A DNA stretch of 64,000 nt from a virus (taxonomy: Duplodnaviria > Heunggongvirae > Uroviricota > Caudoviricetes). The notes beneath the pieces are model-generated. The model was given only the letters and a program-made list of their open reading frames with translations, was not told where the DNA came from and did no database searches. Where the stretch lies: the IMG/VR virus record IMGVR_UViG_3300045538_000409; one strand, given 5' to 3'. This document shows positions 20,033-28,390 of this stretch, piece by piece; position 1 is the stretch's first letter; the number at the start of each line of letters is the position of its first letter. The translations under genes were made by a program, and so were the position numbers.

Positions 20033-20403
20033 GGGGCTGACATTGGAAATTGATTATTAAACGATTCTAATTGTAAGGAAGTAGTGTTAAATGGAAACAC
20101 TTTAATAACCTATTAATACTTTTAAATGACAACGAATTTAACGTTGAACAAAACTTCCTTGAAACTTCAATAGTTGAAGTATATAAAGGAGAGGTAGCAT
20201 TAGCCTAATTCGAGTAATGTATTTGTGGTAAAACCACACAACACACCAATACTAAGGTGTTAAAATAGTAAATATGGATTACTACACACCATATAAACAA
20301 CGTAGTAGATTTTTTGGAAAGTTTTTTATAAAAACTATGACCTAAACTTCTAGAAATCATTTAAAACTTTAATAAGATTTGAGTTCGAATCTCAACAGCT
20401 CCA
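20033..20403 (+). ncRNA. ssrA: tmRNA (ssrA), one-piece, CCA not encoded
   Basis: 5' end GGGGCUGACAUUGG and 3' end GAUUUGAG-UUCGAAU-CUCAA-CAGCUCC-A. The acceptor pair GGGGCUG/CAGCUCC is identical to E. coli ssrA, and the T-arm is canonical. A promoter (TTGACA 19970 plus TATATATTTG 19991) lies upstream. A candidate tag ORF starts at ~20127 and ends ...GEVALA-UAA at 20207-20209. Confidence 0.75.
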
Positions 20404-20435
20404 CGAATATTACTTTTTATCATTTTATGTAAAAA

Positions 20436-20624
20436 ATGAACTATAATAATAAATTTAAAACAAATAAAATGAAAAACATTTTTATTTTAATTTTTGCAGT
20501 AATTTTGGTTTCATGCTCTTCAAAAAGTGGTGCAACTGAAGAAAACGTAACTAATGACAGTACAGTTGTGTCAGTTGATACAACAGTAGTTACACCTGCA
20601 GAAGTTGATTCTACCGTTAAATAG
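20436..20624 (+). CDS. small lipoprotein
   Basis: Lipobox ILVSCSS. The start may be the internal MKNIF. Confidence 0.4.
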   Translation: MNYNNKFKTNKMKNIFILIFAVILVSCSSKSGATEENVTNDSTVVSVDTTVVTPAEVDSTVK

Positions 20625-20648
20625 TAACATAATATTATTTATCATTTA

Positions 20649-20676
20649 AAACCCACAAATTTGTGGGTTTTTTTAT
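20649..20676 (+). terminator. intrinsic terminator
   Basis: AACCCACAAA-TTTGTGGGTTTTTTT. Confidence 0.75.
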
Positions 20677-20704
20677 TAAAATACTTTACATTTTAATTTT
20701 TTAT

Positions 20705-20715
20705 CAGTATATTTG
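20705..20715 (+). promoter_or_regulatory. promoter motif CAGTATATTTG upstream of FKBP gene
   Basis: Recurrent motif. Confidence 0.4.
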
Positions 20716-20740
20716 TTTTATAAATTTTTAAATACAAATT

Positions 20741-21187
20741 ATGATAACACAAAACAGTAAGGTAAGTGTACATTACACTGGTCGTTTTAAAAATGGTGAA
20801 ATCTTTGATTCTTCTATGCCAGTTGAAGGTGATGAATTATTTACAGAAGGTAGAGAACCAATTGAAGTTGAATTAGGTAAAGGAATGCTTATTCCAGGCT
20901 TTGAAAAAGCGTTACAAGGTATGTCTGAAGGTGAAACCAAGACAGTAACAATTAATCATCAAGACGCATATGGTCCAATAAAAGATAACTACTTCCAAGA
21001 AGTAGATAAACAACAAGTACCAGAAGATATTACAGTTGGAGCTATGCTACAAGCCGAAAATGAACTTGGTCAAGTTATGCAAGTAACAGTTAAAGAAATT
21101 AAAGATAATACAGTAATACTTGACGCTAACCATCCGTTAGCTGGCGAGGATTTAACTTTTGATTTAAAAGTTGTTGCTGTACATTAG
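20741..21187 (+). CDS. FKBP-type peptidyl-prolyl cis-trans isomerase (SlyD/FkpB-like)
   Basis: VHYTGRFKNGEIFDSS...GMLIPGFEKALQGMSEGE is a typical FKBP domain with an IF-type insert. Confidence 0.85.
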   Translation: MITQNSKVSVHYTGRFKNGEIFDSSMPVEGDELFTEGREPIEVELGKGMLIPGFEKALQGMSEGETKTVTINHQDAYGPIKDNYFQEVDKQQVPEDITVGAMLQAENELGQVMQVTVKEIKDNTVILDANHPLAGEDLTFDLKVVAVH

Positions 21188-21223
21188 TAATGATTATTAT
21201 TATTAATTATTTGTTTTTTTCAA

Positions 21224-21250
21224 AAGACCCTCTATTTAGAGGGTTTTTTT
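21224..21250 (+). terminator. intrinsic terminator
   Basis: ACCCTCTA-TT-TAGAGGGTTTTTTT. Confidence 0.75.
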
Positions 21251-21286
21251 ATTATTTAAATAATATTTATTAATAAACAAATAATT

Positions 21287-21577
21287 ATGAAAGAATTCTT
21301 TTTAAAATTAATCCAATCCGACTCTAAAGAAAGTAGTAAACGATTTTTATCGATTTATATTGTTTGCTTTTTAGGTTTAATAATTACTATTGTATCGTTA
21401 TTCAATGGTGTTGATTATATTTTCTTGTTAGGAACTTGGCTAGCATTTGTTGCAACATTACTAGGTCTTAGTGAATATAATAAAAATGTTAAGGAAAAAT
21501 ATTCTGCCGATATTGAAAAAGAGAGAATAAGAACGTTAAAAAACGAACAAAAGGAAGAAGTAGAAGAAATTAACTAA
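21287..21577 (+). CDS. hypothetical membrane protein
   Basis: 96-aa ORF with two TM helices. Confidence 0.4.
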   Translation: MKEFFLKLIQSDSKESSKRFLSIYIVCFLGLIITIVSLFNGVDYIFLLGTWLAFVATLLGLSEYNKNVKEKYSADIEKERIRTLKNEQKEEVEEIN

Positions 21578-21642
21578 TTAAAAACGGAAAGGTAGTCAGG
21601 AAAACCTGACCCTTACCTATTTTGTAGGCTTACTACCAGTAT

Positions 21643-21676
21643 TATTAGTATTAGTATTAGTGTTAGTGTTAGTGTT
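21643..21676. repeat. tandem hexanucleotide repeat (TATTAG)3(TGTTAG)2.5
   Basis: Seen directly in sequence. On the minus strand it encodes (NT)n inside a 33-aa ORF (21617..21718). Confidence 0.7.
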
Positions 21677-21861
21677 TGCAGGTTTATTATTACCCTTGTT
21701 TTTACATAGACATCCCATTGTGATTTTTTTTTAGTTTTGTTATTATAAATTATCTAATAATAAATATCTATTTAAAATAAAATAGTTTAATCAACATTGA
21801 TTTTATAAGAAAAAATGTTTATATTTGTTTATATTTATTATAAAATTAATATAACTAAAGA

Positions 21862-22056
21862 ATGATAAAAGTAAAGATTATAGATGGTAATATTGAAAAA
21901 GCTTTAAAAACGTTAAAAAGAAAAGTTTCAAATATCAAACAAAATAGAGAACTTTCTGAACGAAAAGAATATATAAAACCAACAACTAAAAATAGAGAAT
22001 TAAAGAAAAAAGCTATTTACTGTGAACGAAAAATAAGAGATAATGATGAAAATTAG
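21862..22056 (+). CDS. rpsU: 30S ribosomal protein S21
   Basis: MIKVKIIDGNIEKALKTLKRKVSNIKQNRELSERKEYIKPTTKNRELKKKA, compared with bacterial S21 ...[23 protein letters not shown]. Confidence 0.75.
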   Translation: MIKVKIIDGNIEKALKTLKRKVSNIKQNRELSERKEYIKPTTKNRELKKKAIYCERKIRDNDEN

Positions 22057-22282
22057 TTTATTTAAAAAAACCTCAGTAACTCTATTAGATGAGAAATGGA
22101 ACGTACTTAAAAGTAATGTTAAATTCAAATTCATACCAAGAATATACGAGTTAATTTACTTGAGTAGTGAAAATGGTTATTATAGAGTAGTTAATGTTGT
22201 ATATAATATTGATAACAATGTGGACACTTATGTTGTTATAGAGAAATATACTGATGATTTTAAATTAATTGAAAAAAAATAA
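22043..22282 (+). CDS. hypothetical protein
   Basis: 79-aa ORF. Confidence 0.4.
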   Translation: MMKISLFKKTSVTLLDEKWNVLKSNVKFKFIPRIYELIYLSSENGYYRVVNVVYNIDNNVDTYVVIEKYTDDFKLIEKK

Positions 22283-22427
22283 TAAAAGACTTGACAAACT
22301 AAAAATAATATACTATATTTGAGTATAGTTTCATTTAAATACGGAAATACTAAAGAAAGGGTTCAGCAACTTTTAACTTCGCTTGTAATACGAAAAAAAC
22401 CTTTCTGACTTTTCCAAAAAAAATATA

Positions 22428-22515
22428 CGGCGAGATAGTGTAATTGGTAACATGCTACACTCATAAGCTAGAGAAGTGGTAACATCATGTTGTTGGTTCG
22501 ATTCCAACCTTCGCA
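22428..22515 (+). tRNA. aberrant type-II tRNA-like element (CAU-like anticodon loop, long extra arm)
   Basis: Canonical T-arm GTTGG-TTCGATT-CCAAC and D-arm GTGT-AATTGGTA-ACAT. The acceptor stem pairs only at positions 2-6 (GGCGAGA/CTTCGCA), and the anticodon stem is 3 bp with loop CTCATAA. A terminator follows at 22522. Confidence 0.35.
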
Positions 22516-22521
22516 CAATTA

Positions 22522-22554
22522 AAAACCTTAAGGATGTTCTTAAGGTTTTTTTTA
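22522..22554 (+). terminator. intrinsic terminator after tRNA-like element
   Basis: AACCTTAAG-GATGTT-CTTAAGGTTTTTTTT. Confidence 0.75.
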
Positions 22555-22588
22555 TTTGTATATTTGTGAAAATATTTGTATATTTGTG
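22555..22588 (+). promoter_or_regulatory. tandemly duplicated promoter motif (2 x TTTGTATATTTGTG) upstream of dNMP kinase
   Basis: Copies at 22555-68 and 22575-88, forming a 20-nt direct repeat. Confidence 0.45.
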
Positions 22589-22603
22589 GAAAATATAAAT
22601 AAC

Positions 22604-23263
22604 ATGAATAAAAACGATTTAAAAAGCTCCCAACTTTCCAAGAGAATCCGACTTATCGGTGTGTCGGGTAAACTGGGAAGCGGTAAGGATACGTTTGCTG
22701 AGTTATTAGCTAAACAATTAGCAGGTAAAGTTGAAAGACATGCTTTAGCTGACAATTTAAGATTAATAACTGAAATTATTAGCGGTATTAGAATGACTAC
22801 AACACATGAAATAGATGAACCATTTTGTAATGAAATTCGTAATTATACTCAAGACCAAAAAAACATACTAATTAAACAGTTCGATAAGACTATTGGTGAA
22901 ACATTACAGTTAGTAGGTACTGAATTATTTAGAAATAATTACGATACTGACGTATGGGTTAAATCTTTATTTAGTGAAGAAATCTACGATAAAATGAATG
23001 ATGGTAAAATTATTATAATACCTGACGTTAGATTTATTAATGAAGCTGATTATATCCTTCAGGAAGGTGGCTATTTAATCAGAATGGAAGGTGACCCTGC
23101 TGGTGTTAGAGAAAATAGCTTACGTGACTTAAATCACTTATCTGAAACCAATCTAGATAACTATACCAAGTTTGATAAGGTTATAATTAATAACAAAAAA
23201 GATATAAATGAGTTGAAGCGTGTGGTAAATGATTTAATTGTTGAATTAAAATTAAACGAATAA
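22604..23263 (+). CDS. deoxynucleoside monophosphate kinase (T4 gp1-like)
   Basis: P-loop GVSGKLGSGKDT. Its blocks DVWVKSLF, IIIIPDVRF and HLSETNL are collinear with T4 dNMP kinase (SGVKRSGKDT, MYWVKLF, YYIVPDTRQ, HITEAGL). Start set at MNKND downstream of a tandem promoter motif. Confidence 0.75.
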   Translation: MNKNDLKSSQLSKRIRLIGVSGKLGSGKDTFAELLAKQLAGKVERHALADNLRLITEIISGIRMTTTHEIDEPFCNEIRNYTQDQKNILIKQFDKTIGETLQLVGTELFRNNYDTDVWVKSLFSEEIYDKMNDGKIIIIPDVRFINEADYILQEGGYLIRMEGDPAGVRENSLRDLNHLSETNLDNYTKFDKVIINNKKDINELKRVVNDLIVELKLNE

Positions 23264-23319
23264 CTCAAGTGTTTTTTTTTAATAAATATTTTATATATTT
23301 ATACTAAAAGATTTGTATT

Positions 23320-23781
23320 ATGAAAGCAATTGAATTAATAAAAAAAGAATTAGGTGATGCTAAACTACCACCAAACGCTAATACAATATTTACTATAATT
23401 GAAAATATTGGTAAGATAAGGTTTAACATGGAAAAGTTACTAGTTAAACTTAGTTATGAAAACATTGGTAATATAATATTAGGTGATATTAATTTAAATG
23501 ATTATGTGAGAATAAATCACGAACTTAGCAAGAAATTAACAAGGGAATATGATTCACTTAGAAGTGAAATGAATAAAGTTGAAGTGAATTATGATGAATA
23601 TGAGGTTTTTTACGATGTCATTGATAATAATTTTTACCCGATAACTGAAGAAGAGATTTCTGACATGATAGATTCAATAGTAAGTGTATTTTCTGATATA
23701 ATAGAGGGTGGTGGTGATAAGGTTTTAAGGGATGCAAACCAAAGTACAATTATTAATGAGTTCAACAGATACAAACGATGA
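23320..23781 (+). CDS. hypothetical protein
   Basis: 153-aa ORF. Confidence 0.45.
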   Translation: MKAIELIKKELGDAKLPPNANTIFTIIENIGKIRFNMEKLLVKLSYENIGNIILGDINLNDYVRINHELSKKLTREYDSLRSEMNKVEVNYDEYEVFYDVIDNNFYPITEEEISDMIDSIVSVFSDIIEGGGDKVLRDANQSTIINEFNRYKR

Positions 23782-24308
23782 AAGAAATAATTAAAAAAAT
23801 AATAAGAGAAGGTCTAGAAGATAAGATTACAAAGATTTCTATATTTGATTTTGATGGTACACTTATGGCGACCCCAGAACCAGAAACTGGTATGAAGATA
23901 TATAAGGAAAAGACTGGTAAGGATTGGCCATTCCAAGGTTGGTGGGGTAGAAATGAGTCATTAGACATGGATGTATTTGATATAAAACCTATTCCATCAG
24001 TGATTTCCGATTATAACAAAGAAAGAGTTAAACCAAATACTCGTGTAATTATGATGACTGGTAGAATACCAAAAAATGCTGAATTTGTTGAAAAAATATT
24101 AAATAAGTACAACATTACTTTTGATGAATATATTTATAAGAAAGCATCCGACACTCTTTTATTTAAAATAAGTAAATTGGAAGAAATGTTAAGATGTTAC
24201 TCAAATTTAAAAGAAATTTCAATGTGGGAAGATAGAATTGAACACGTTAAAGCTTTTACAGAATGGGGCTTAAATAAAGATATTAAAATGGTGGTAAACC
24301 AAGTATGA
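23778..24308 (+). CDS. HAD-superfamily phosphatase with CTS-like N-terminus (MKEIIKKIIREGL)
   Basis: HAD motif I at ISIFDFDGTLM. N-terminus shares the MKxLIKKLLRE motif. Confidence 0.6.
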   Translation: MKEIIKKIIREGLEDKITKISIFDFDGTLMATPEPETGMKIYKEKTGKDWPFQGWWGRNESLDMDVFDIKPIPSVISDYNKERVKPNTRVIMMTGRIPKNAEFVEKILNKYNITFDEYIYKKASDTLLFKISKLEEMLRCYSNLKEISMWEDRIEHVKAFTEWGLNKDIKMVVNQV

Positions 24309-26200
24309 AAAATTTAATAAAAAGATTATTAAGAGAAGGATTAATATTAAAAGAAAATAAGTTATACCCTGACAATATCATAACTGCAGCAACAAATCGT
24401 ATTGGTGATAAGTCTGATGATACAATTAATAAGTTAGCCATTGCTGGTTTATACAGGACAGTATTTGGCGATGTGCAACAACTTAAATCTAAAGAACAAC
24501 TAGACACAGTATTTAATGATTGGTATGATAATACAATTGAAAATCTAATCAAAACACCTTCATTTATTGATAATAAGCCACTTGCAACCAAGTATCTTGA
24601 TGCTTACATTAAAAACATTAAGTCGTTAGGTAATAATGCCAAACCATTCTCGTTTAAAAAGGTTGAACAAGGTCTTGTTGACGTGGTCAATAACAACCGT
24701 TGGATTGAGGATACGAGTATTAAACAAGGTCATAGCATCCATAATCCAAAGTCAGAAGATGTGGTTTATGAGGATGATAATATCATCATACTTGATACAA
24801 ACACAAAGGCTAAGTGTGTAATGTATGGTCAAGGTGAATCATGGTGCATAACCAAACCTGAACTTAACTACTATAATACATATAGGATTAAGTATGGCGC
24901 AACACCATACTTTGTGTTACAAAAGAATGAACCACATCCTGAGCATAAATTGGTTATTATGCATTACAAACATGGTTATGCGATTGCAGACCAAACTAAT
25001 AGTGGTAATAGGTCTGGTGGTAATCAATACTCAAATGGCCCATGGAGTGATATTGAAAGAGAAATACCTAACTTAAGGGGTTTGGAGAAATATTTCCCAT
25101 ATAGAGAAATAAGTAATGATGAAATTAAATATGATGAAATAGTTAAAAAAACTAAGGGTTATCAAGGTGATAATCTACAAGGTTATATCGATAATGTAAT
25201 AAAAGGTCTTGTTATTAATGGCAGTCAAGTTGAAGCCGTTGACTTCATAAGGGATTATGCTTCTGAGGGTAATAAAATAACAGATGGACAACTCAAATCA
25301 CTTAGACCAGAGGTAATAGATTCATTAATAGAAACAGGTTATTTCTTAAACTATCTTGGTCAAGAACAAATTGAATTATTATCGGACAAACAACGATTAA
25401 GAGTTGTTAGACTTAAGATGCAGAATAATAAAACTTTAAATTATGGTGAACTTAGCAGATTACCTAAAGAAGAGTGGTTTAACGCATTTAAGTTTTTAAG
25501 TATAAATTCTATAGCTTATTTTTTTGGTGATTATGAAGGAGACATTGATAAAATAGTAACAACATATCCTGATAAAATTAATAAATTTTTGGAAACTTTA
25601 TCAGAAGATTATGCTTGGAAGTTAATATATGTTTTAAGAAAATCGAAAACTCCACAAAACATATTTAAAATATTAGATAATAAAAGTAAAGAATATTTAA
25701 GTAATCTTACTGAAACCCAATTAAAGGACCTATTAATATTTAGTTATAATCCTAGTGAAATTTTTAAATTTTTAGGTAAAAACGGTCAAGAATTTATAAG
25801 TTCTTTTAATCTTAATAAAATAACTAAAGTATTAACCTTTAGCTCAAACCCAGAAAATCTATTACAAACATTTGGTGATGTTGGTAATAACTATATATCT
25901 AATTTATCAACATATGACATAGACGAAATGTTAAAGTTCGGTTTTAATCCCGAAGGTGTTTTTAATGTTATTAAGAATAGTAAAGCGTTTCAAATATATT
26001 TAAAAGATTTTGATATATATAATTTAATTAGTTTTTTATCTTTTAGCGATAACACCGAAAAGGTATTAAATTTACTAGGTGAAAAAACTAAGGAATATTT
26101 AAAAGATTTAACGGTAAATCATATAAAACAAATATTAAAAAGTTCGGATAAACCAGATTTAGTTAAAGATTTATTACGAAAATATGGTCATAAGATATAA
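24305..26200 (+). CDS. hypothetical 631-aa protein with CTS-like N-terminus (MKNLIKRLLREGL) and C-terminal ~37-aa internal repeats
   Basis: Its first 38 nt are identical to the start of gene 26221. The C-terminal region contains repeated LSNLTETQLKDLL / FSxNPxxxxxxLG units. Confidence 0.55.
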   Translation: MKNLIKRLLREGLILKENKLYPDNIITAATNRIGDKSDDTINKLAIAGLYRTVFGDVQQLKSKEQLDTVFNDWYDNTIENLIKTPSFIDNKPLATKYLDAYIKNIKSLGNNAKPFSFKKVEQGLVDVVNNNRWIEDTSIKQGHSIHNPKSEDVVYEDDNIIILDTNTKAKCVMYGQGESWCITKPELNYYNTYRIKYGATPYFVLQKNEPHPEHKLVIMHYKHGYAIADQTNSGNRSGGNQYSNGPWSDIEREIPNLRGLEKYFPYREISNDEIKYDEIVKKTKGYQGDNLQGYIDNVIKGLVINGSQVEAVDFIRDYASEGNKITDGQLKSLRPEVIDSLIETGYFLNYLGQEQIELLSDKQRLRVVRLKMQNNKTLNYGELSRLPKEEWFNAFKFLSINSIAYFFGDYEGDIDKIVTTYPDKINKFLETLSEDYAWKLIYVLRKSKTPQNIFKILDNKSKEYLSNLTETQLKDLLIFSYNPSEIFKFLGKNGQEFISSFNLNKITKVLTFSSNPENLLQTFGDVGNNYISNLSTYDIDEMLKFGFNPEGVFNVIKNSKAFQIYLKDFDIYNLISFLSFSDNTEKVLNLLGEKTKEYLKDLTVNHIKQILKSSDKPDLVKDLLRKYGHKI

Positions 26201-26220
26201 TCTAAGATATTTATAGATGT

Positions 26221-27018
26221 ATGAAAAATTTAATAAAAAGATTATTAAGAGAAGGATTGGAAGAAGTTAAATTATTTGAAACTCTTTTAGGTGAAGTTAC
26301 AAGCAAATTAGACTTCTCATCATTTAAGATGAACGACACACTTAACCCTGAGGTATGGGTTGATGAAAATACTATTGACCCAGAGATACAAAAAAATCTT
26401 TTAAAAATTGCTAAGGATTATTACAGTGAATTAAAATTAGATATTCCTATATTAGATATTACACTTACAGGTTCATTAGCCAATTATAATTGGTCAAAGT
26501 ATTCTGATATTGATTTACATATTATATTTGATGCAAATGAATTAGGTGAGGATAAGGATATGATTAAGGATTTATTGGATATTAAGACTAGAGCATGGAA
26601 CCTTAAACATGATATTAAGGTTAAAGGATTTGATGTGGAATTATATCTTCAACCAGAAGACCAACCACATCACTCAACTGGTGTTTATTCATTATTAAAT
26701 GATGAGTGGGTAACAGAACCAGAAAGAGTTGATGTGAATTTAGATAAAGAAACAATCACAAAAAAATATAATTCAATAATTAAATCTATTGAAGAAATTC
26801 AAAAAGATATGGATGAAGATAAGTTTGACTACGTTGTTAAACAACTAGATAAATTAAAAGAAAGAATTAAGAAGATGAGACAAAGTGGTTTGGATAGTGG
26901 TGGTGAATTTTCTAGTGAAAATATAGTATTTAAACTTCTTAGAAGAAATGATATAATGAAAAAGATTGACGATATGTTAGTGAAAGCATACGATAAATCA
27001 GTTAGCTTAGACCAATAA
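26221..27018 (+). CDS. nucleotidyltransferase-fold protein (Pol-beta superfamily) with CTS-like N-terminus
   Basis: LTGSLANYNWSKYSDIDLHIIFD matches the GS-x(9-13)-DxD minimal nucleotidyltransferase motif. N-terminus MKNLIKRLLREGL. Confidence 0.55.
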   Translation: MKNLIKRLLREGLEEVKLFETLLGEVTSKLDFSSFKMNDTLNPEVWVDENTIDPEIQKNLLKIAKDYYSELKLDIPILDITLTGSLANYNWSKYSDIDLHIIFDANELGEDKDMIKDLLDIKTRAWNLKHDIKVKGFDVELYLQPEDQPHHSTGVYSLLNDEWVTEPERVDVNLDKETITKKYNSIIKSIEEIQKDMDEDKFDYVVKQLDKLKERIKKMRQSGLDSGGEFSSENIVFKLLRRNDIMKKIDDMLVKAYDKSVSLDQ

Positions 27019-28337
27019 TGAAAGGATTAATTAAAACGCTTTTAAGGGAATATTTTCTAAATGAAAATAACGAATCAATTAATTATGAAATAGAACATTT
27101 GGGCAGCCATAATGGACAACATGATTATGAATTAGGTATGTATATTAATGGTGATATAGTTGGTTTAGCTCAATATACACTATATAATAATGAATTAACC
27201 ATTTCAGATATATTCGTTAGACCTGAAATGCGAAGAAGGGGTTATGGTTCTAGAATTATAGCATTTTTAAAAAAAGAATATCCAGAATACCAATATCAAC
27301 CTTCAATGAAAACTGATTTAGGTTCTAAATTCATACATAAAGACGTAAATCCGTATCAAGATTTAAACGAAGACACTTTTAATGTCTTAGAGTCTGAATT
27401 ACAAGAAGAAGTTACTTCTTCATTTACAGCCTATCATGGTTCACCAACTAAGATAGAAAGTTTTGTTGATGAATTTGTTGGTGGAAAAGACGCTACAGAC
27501 CAAAATGGACCTGGTATATATTTTACAACTAAGGTTGAAGAAACATATGGCTACGCTGAACGGGGTTATGTTTATCATGTTGAAATCGCTAATAGTAAAT
27601 TCTTAGATAGTATAGAACGTTCAGAAGGTTATTTAAGAAAATATAGAGGTGACGTTAAGAAACTAATTATGATGGCACCCGACTGGGAGATGGATGCTCA
27701 AAACTGGGCTGTAAACCCAAAAGAAGGACTTAATATGATGGTGGATAATTTCGTACAATACAATTCAAATGAGAAAGACGTATTCCTACAAGTTTGGATT
27801 GATGTATATAGGGGTATTGAAGTGCAGTTTGTAAGAAACATGGTCAAATTAGGATATGGTGGGTTGCTTATTAATGGTGGTTTTAATAGTGATAATGGTG
27901 GTGACCATATAGTAGTATATAACCCAGGGCTAATAACAATTAGTAAAGTAGAGTTTTTTGGTGATAAATCAATGAACGAACAAATAATATTACCTATAAT
28001 GAAAAACATGGAAAAAGCGCCAAATATGGGGAGTAAATTCGGTCAAGACGTAGAACCAAGTGGCACATATGTGTCTCATGATGATAGGAAAAATAAAACG
28101 CCAATAGATAATTATAAGTTAGGAAAAGTAACATTCAATAACCCACTTATAATAGATATAACTGATGATACAATCATTACTTATAAAAACAAATTAAGTC
28201 AACAATTTAAAGCTAAAGGTAAAAACCTTACTAATAAATTAATGGAAAAAGGTTATGATGGGTTAATTACTAGATGGCCCGATGGTAATTATAATGAACT
28301 GATATTATTCCCAAATAGTAAATATTACTTAAGTTAA
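27018..28337 (+). CDS. GNAT N-acetyltransferase domain fused to PARP/diphtheria-toxin-like (H-Y-E class) ADP-ribosyltransferase-like domain; CTS-like N-terminus
   Basis: GNAT motif A at VRPEMRRRGYGSRIIAFL. Downstream, FTAYHGSPTKIESF...GPGIYFTT parallels the PARP1 NAD-binding signature WHGSRTTNFAGIL...GKGIYFAD. N-terminus MKGLIKTLLRE. Confidence 0.55.
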   Translation: MKGLIKTLLREYFLNENNESINYEIEHLGSHNGQHDYELGMYINGDIVGLAQYTLYNNELTISDIFVRPEMRRRGYGSRIIAFLKKEYPEYQYQPSMKTDLGSKFIHKDVNPYQDLNEDTFNVLESELQEEVTSSFTAYHGSPTKIESFVDEFVGGKDATDQNGPGIYFTTKVEETYGYAERGYVYHVEIANSKFLDSIERSEGYLRKYRGDVKKLIMMAPDWEMDAQNWAVNPKEGLNMMVDNFVQYNSNEKDVFLQVWIDVYRGIEVQFVRNMVKLGYGGLLINGGFNSDNGGDHIVVYNPGLITISKVEFFGDKSMNEQIILPIMKNMEKAPNMGSKFGQDVEPSGTYVSHDDRKNKTPIDNYKLGKVTFNNPLIIDITDDTIITYKNKLSQQFKAKGKNLTNKLMEKGYDGLITRWPDGNYNELILFPNSKYYLS

Positions 28338-28374
28338 TAGTAAAGCTAATTAATTTGTATATTTAAAAACTTTT

Positions 28375-28385
28375 TACTATATTTG
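28375..28385 (+). promoter_or_regulatory. promoter motif TACTATATTTG upstream of CCA-adding enzyme gene
   Basis: 5 nt before the ATG at 28391. A second TTTGTATATTT lies at 28354. Confidence 0.4.
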
Positions 28386-28390
28386 TAATT

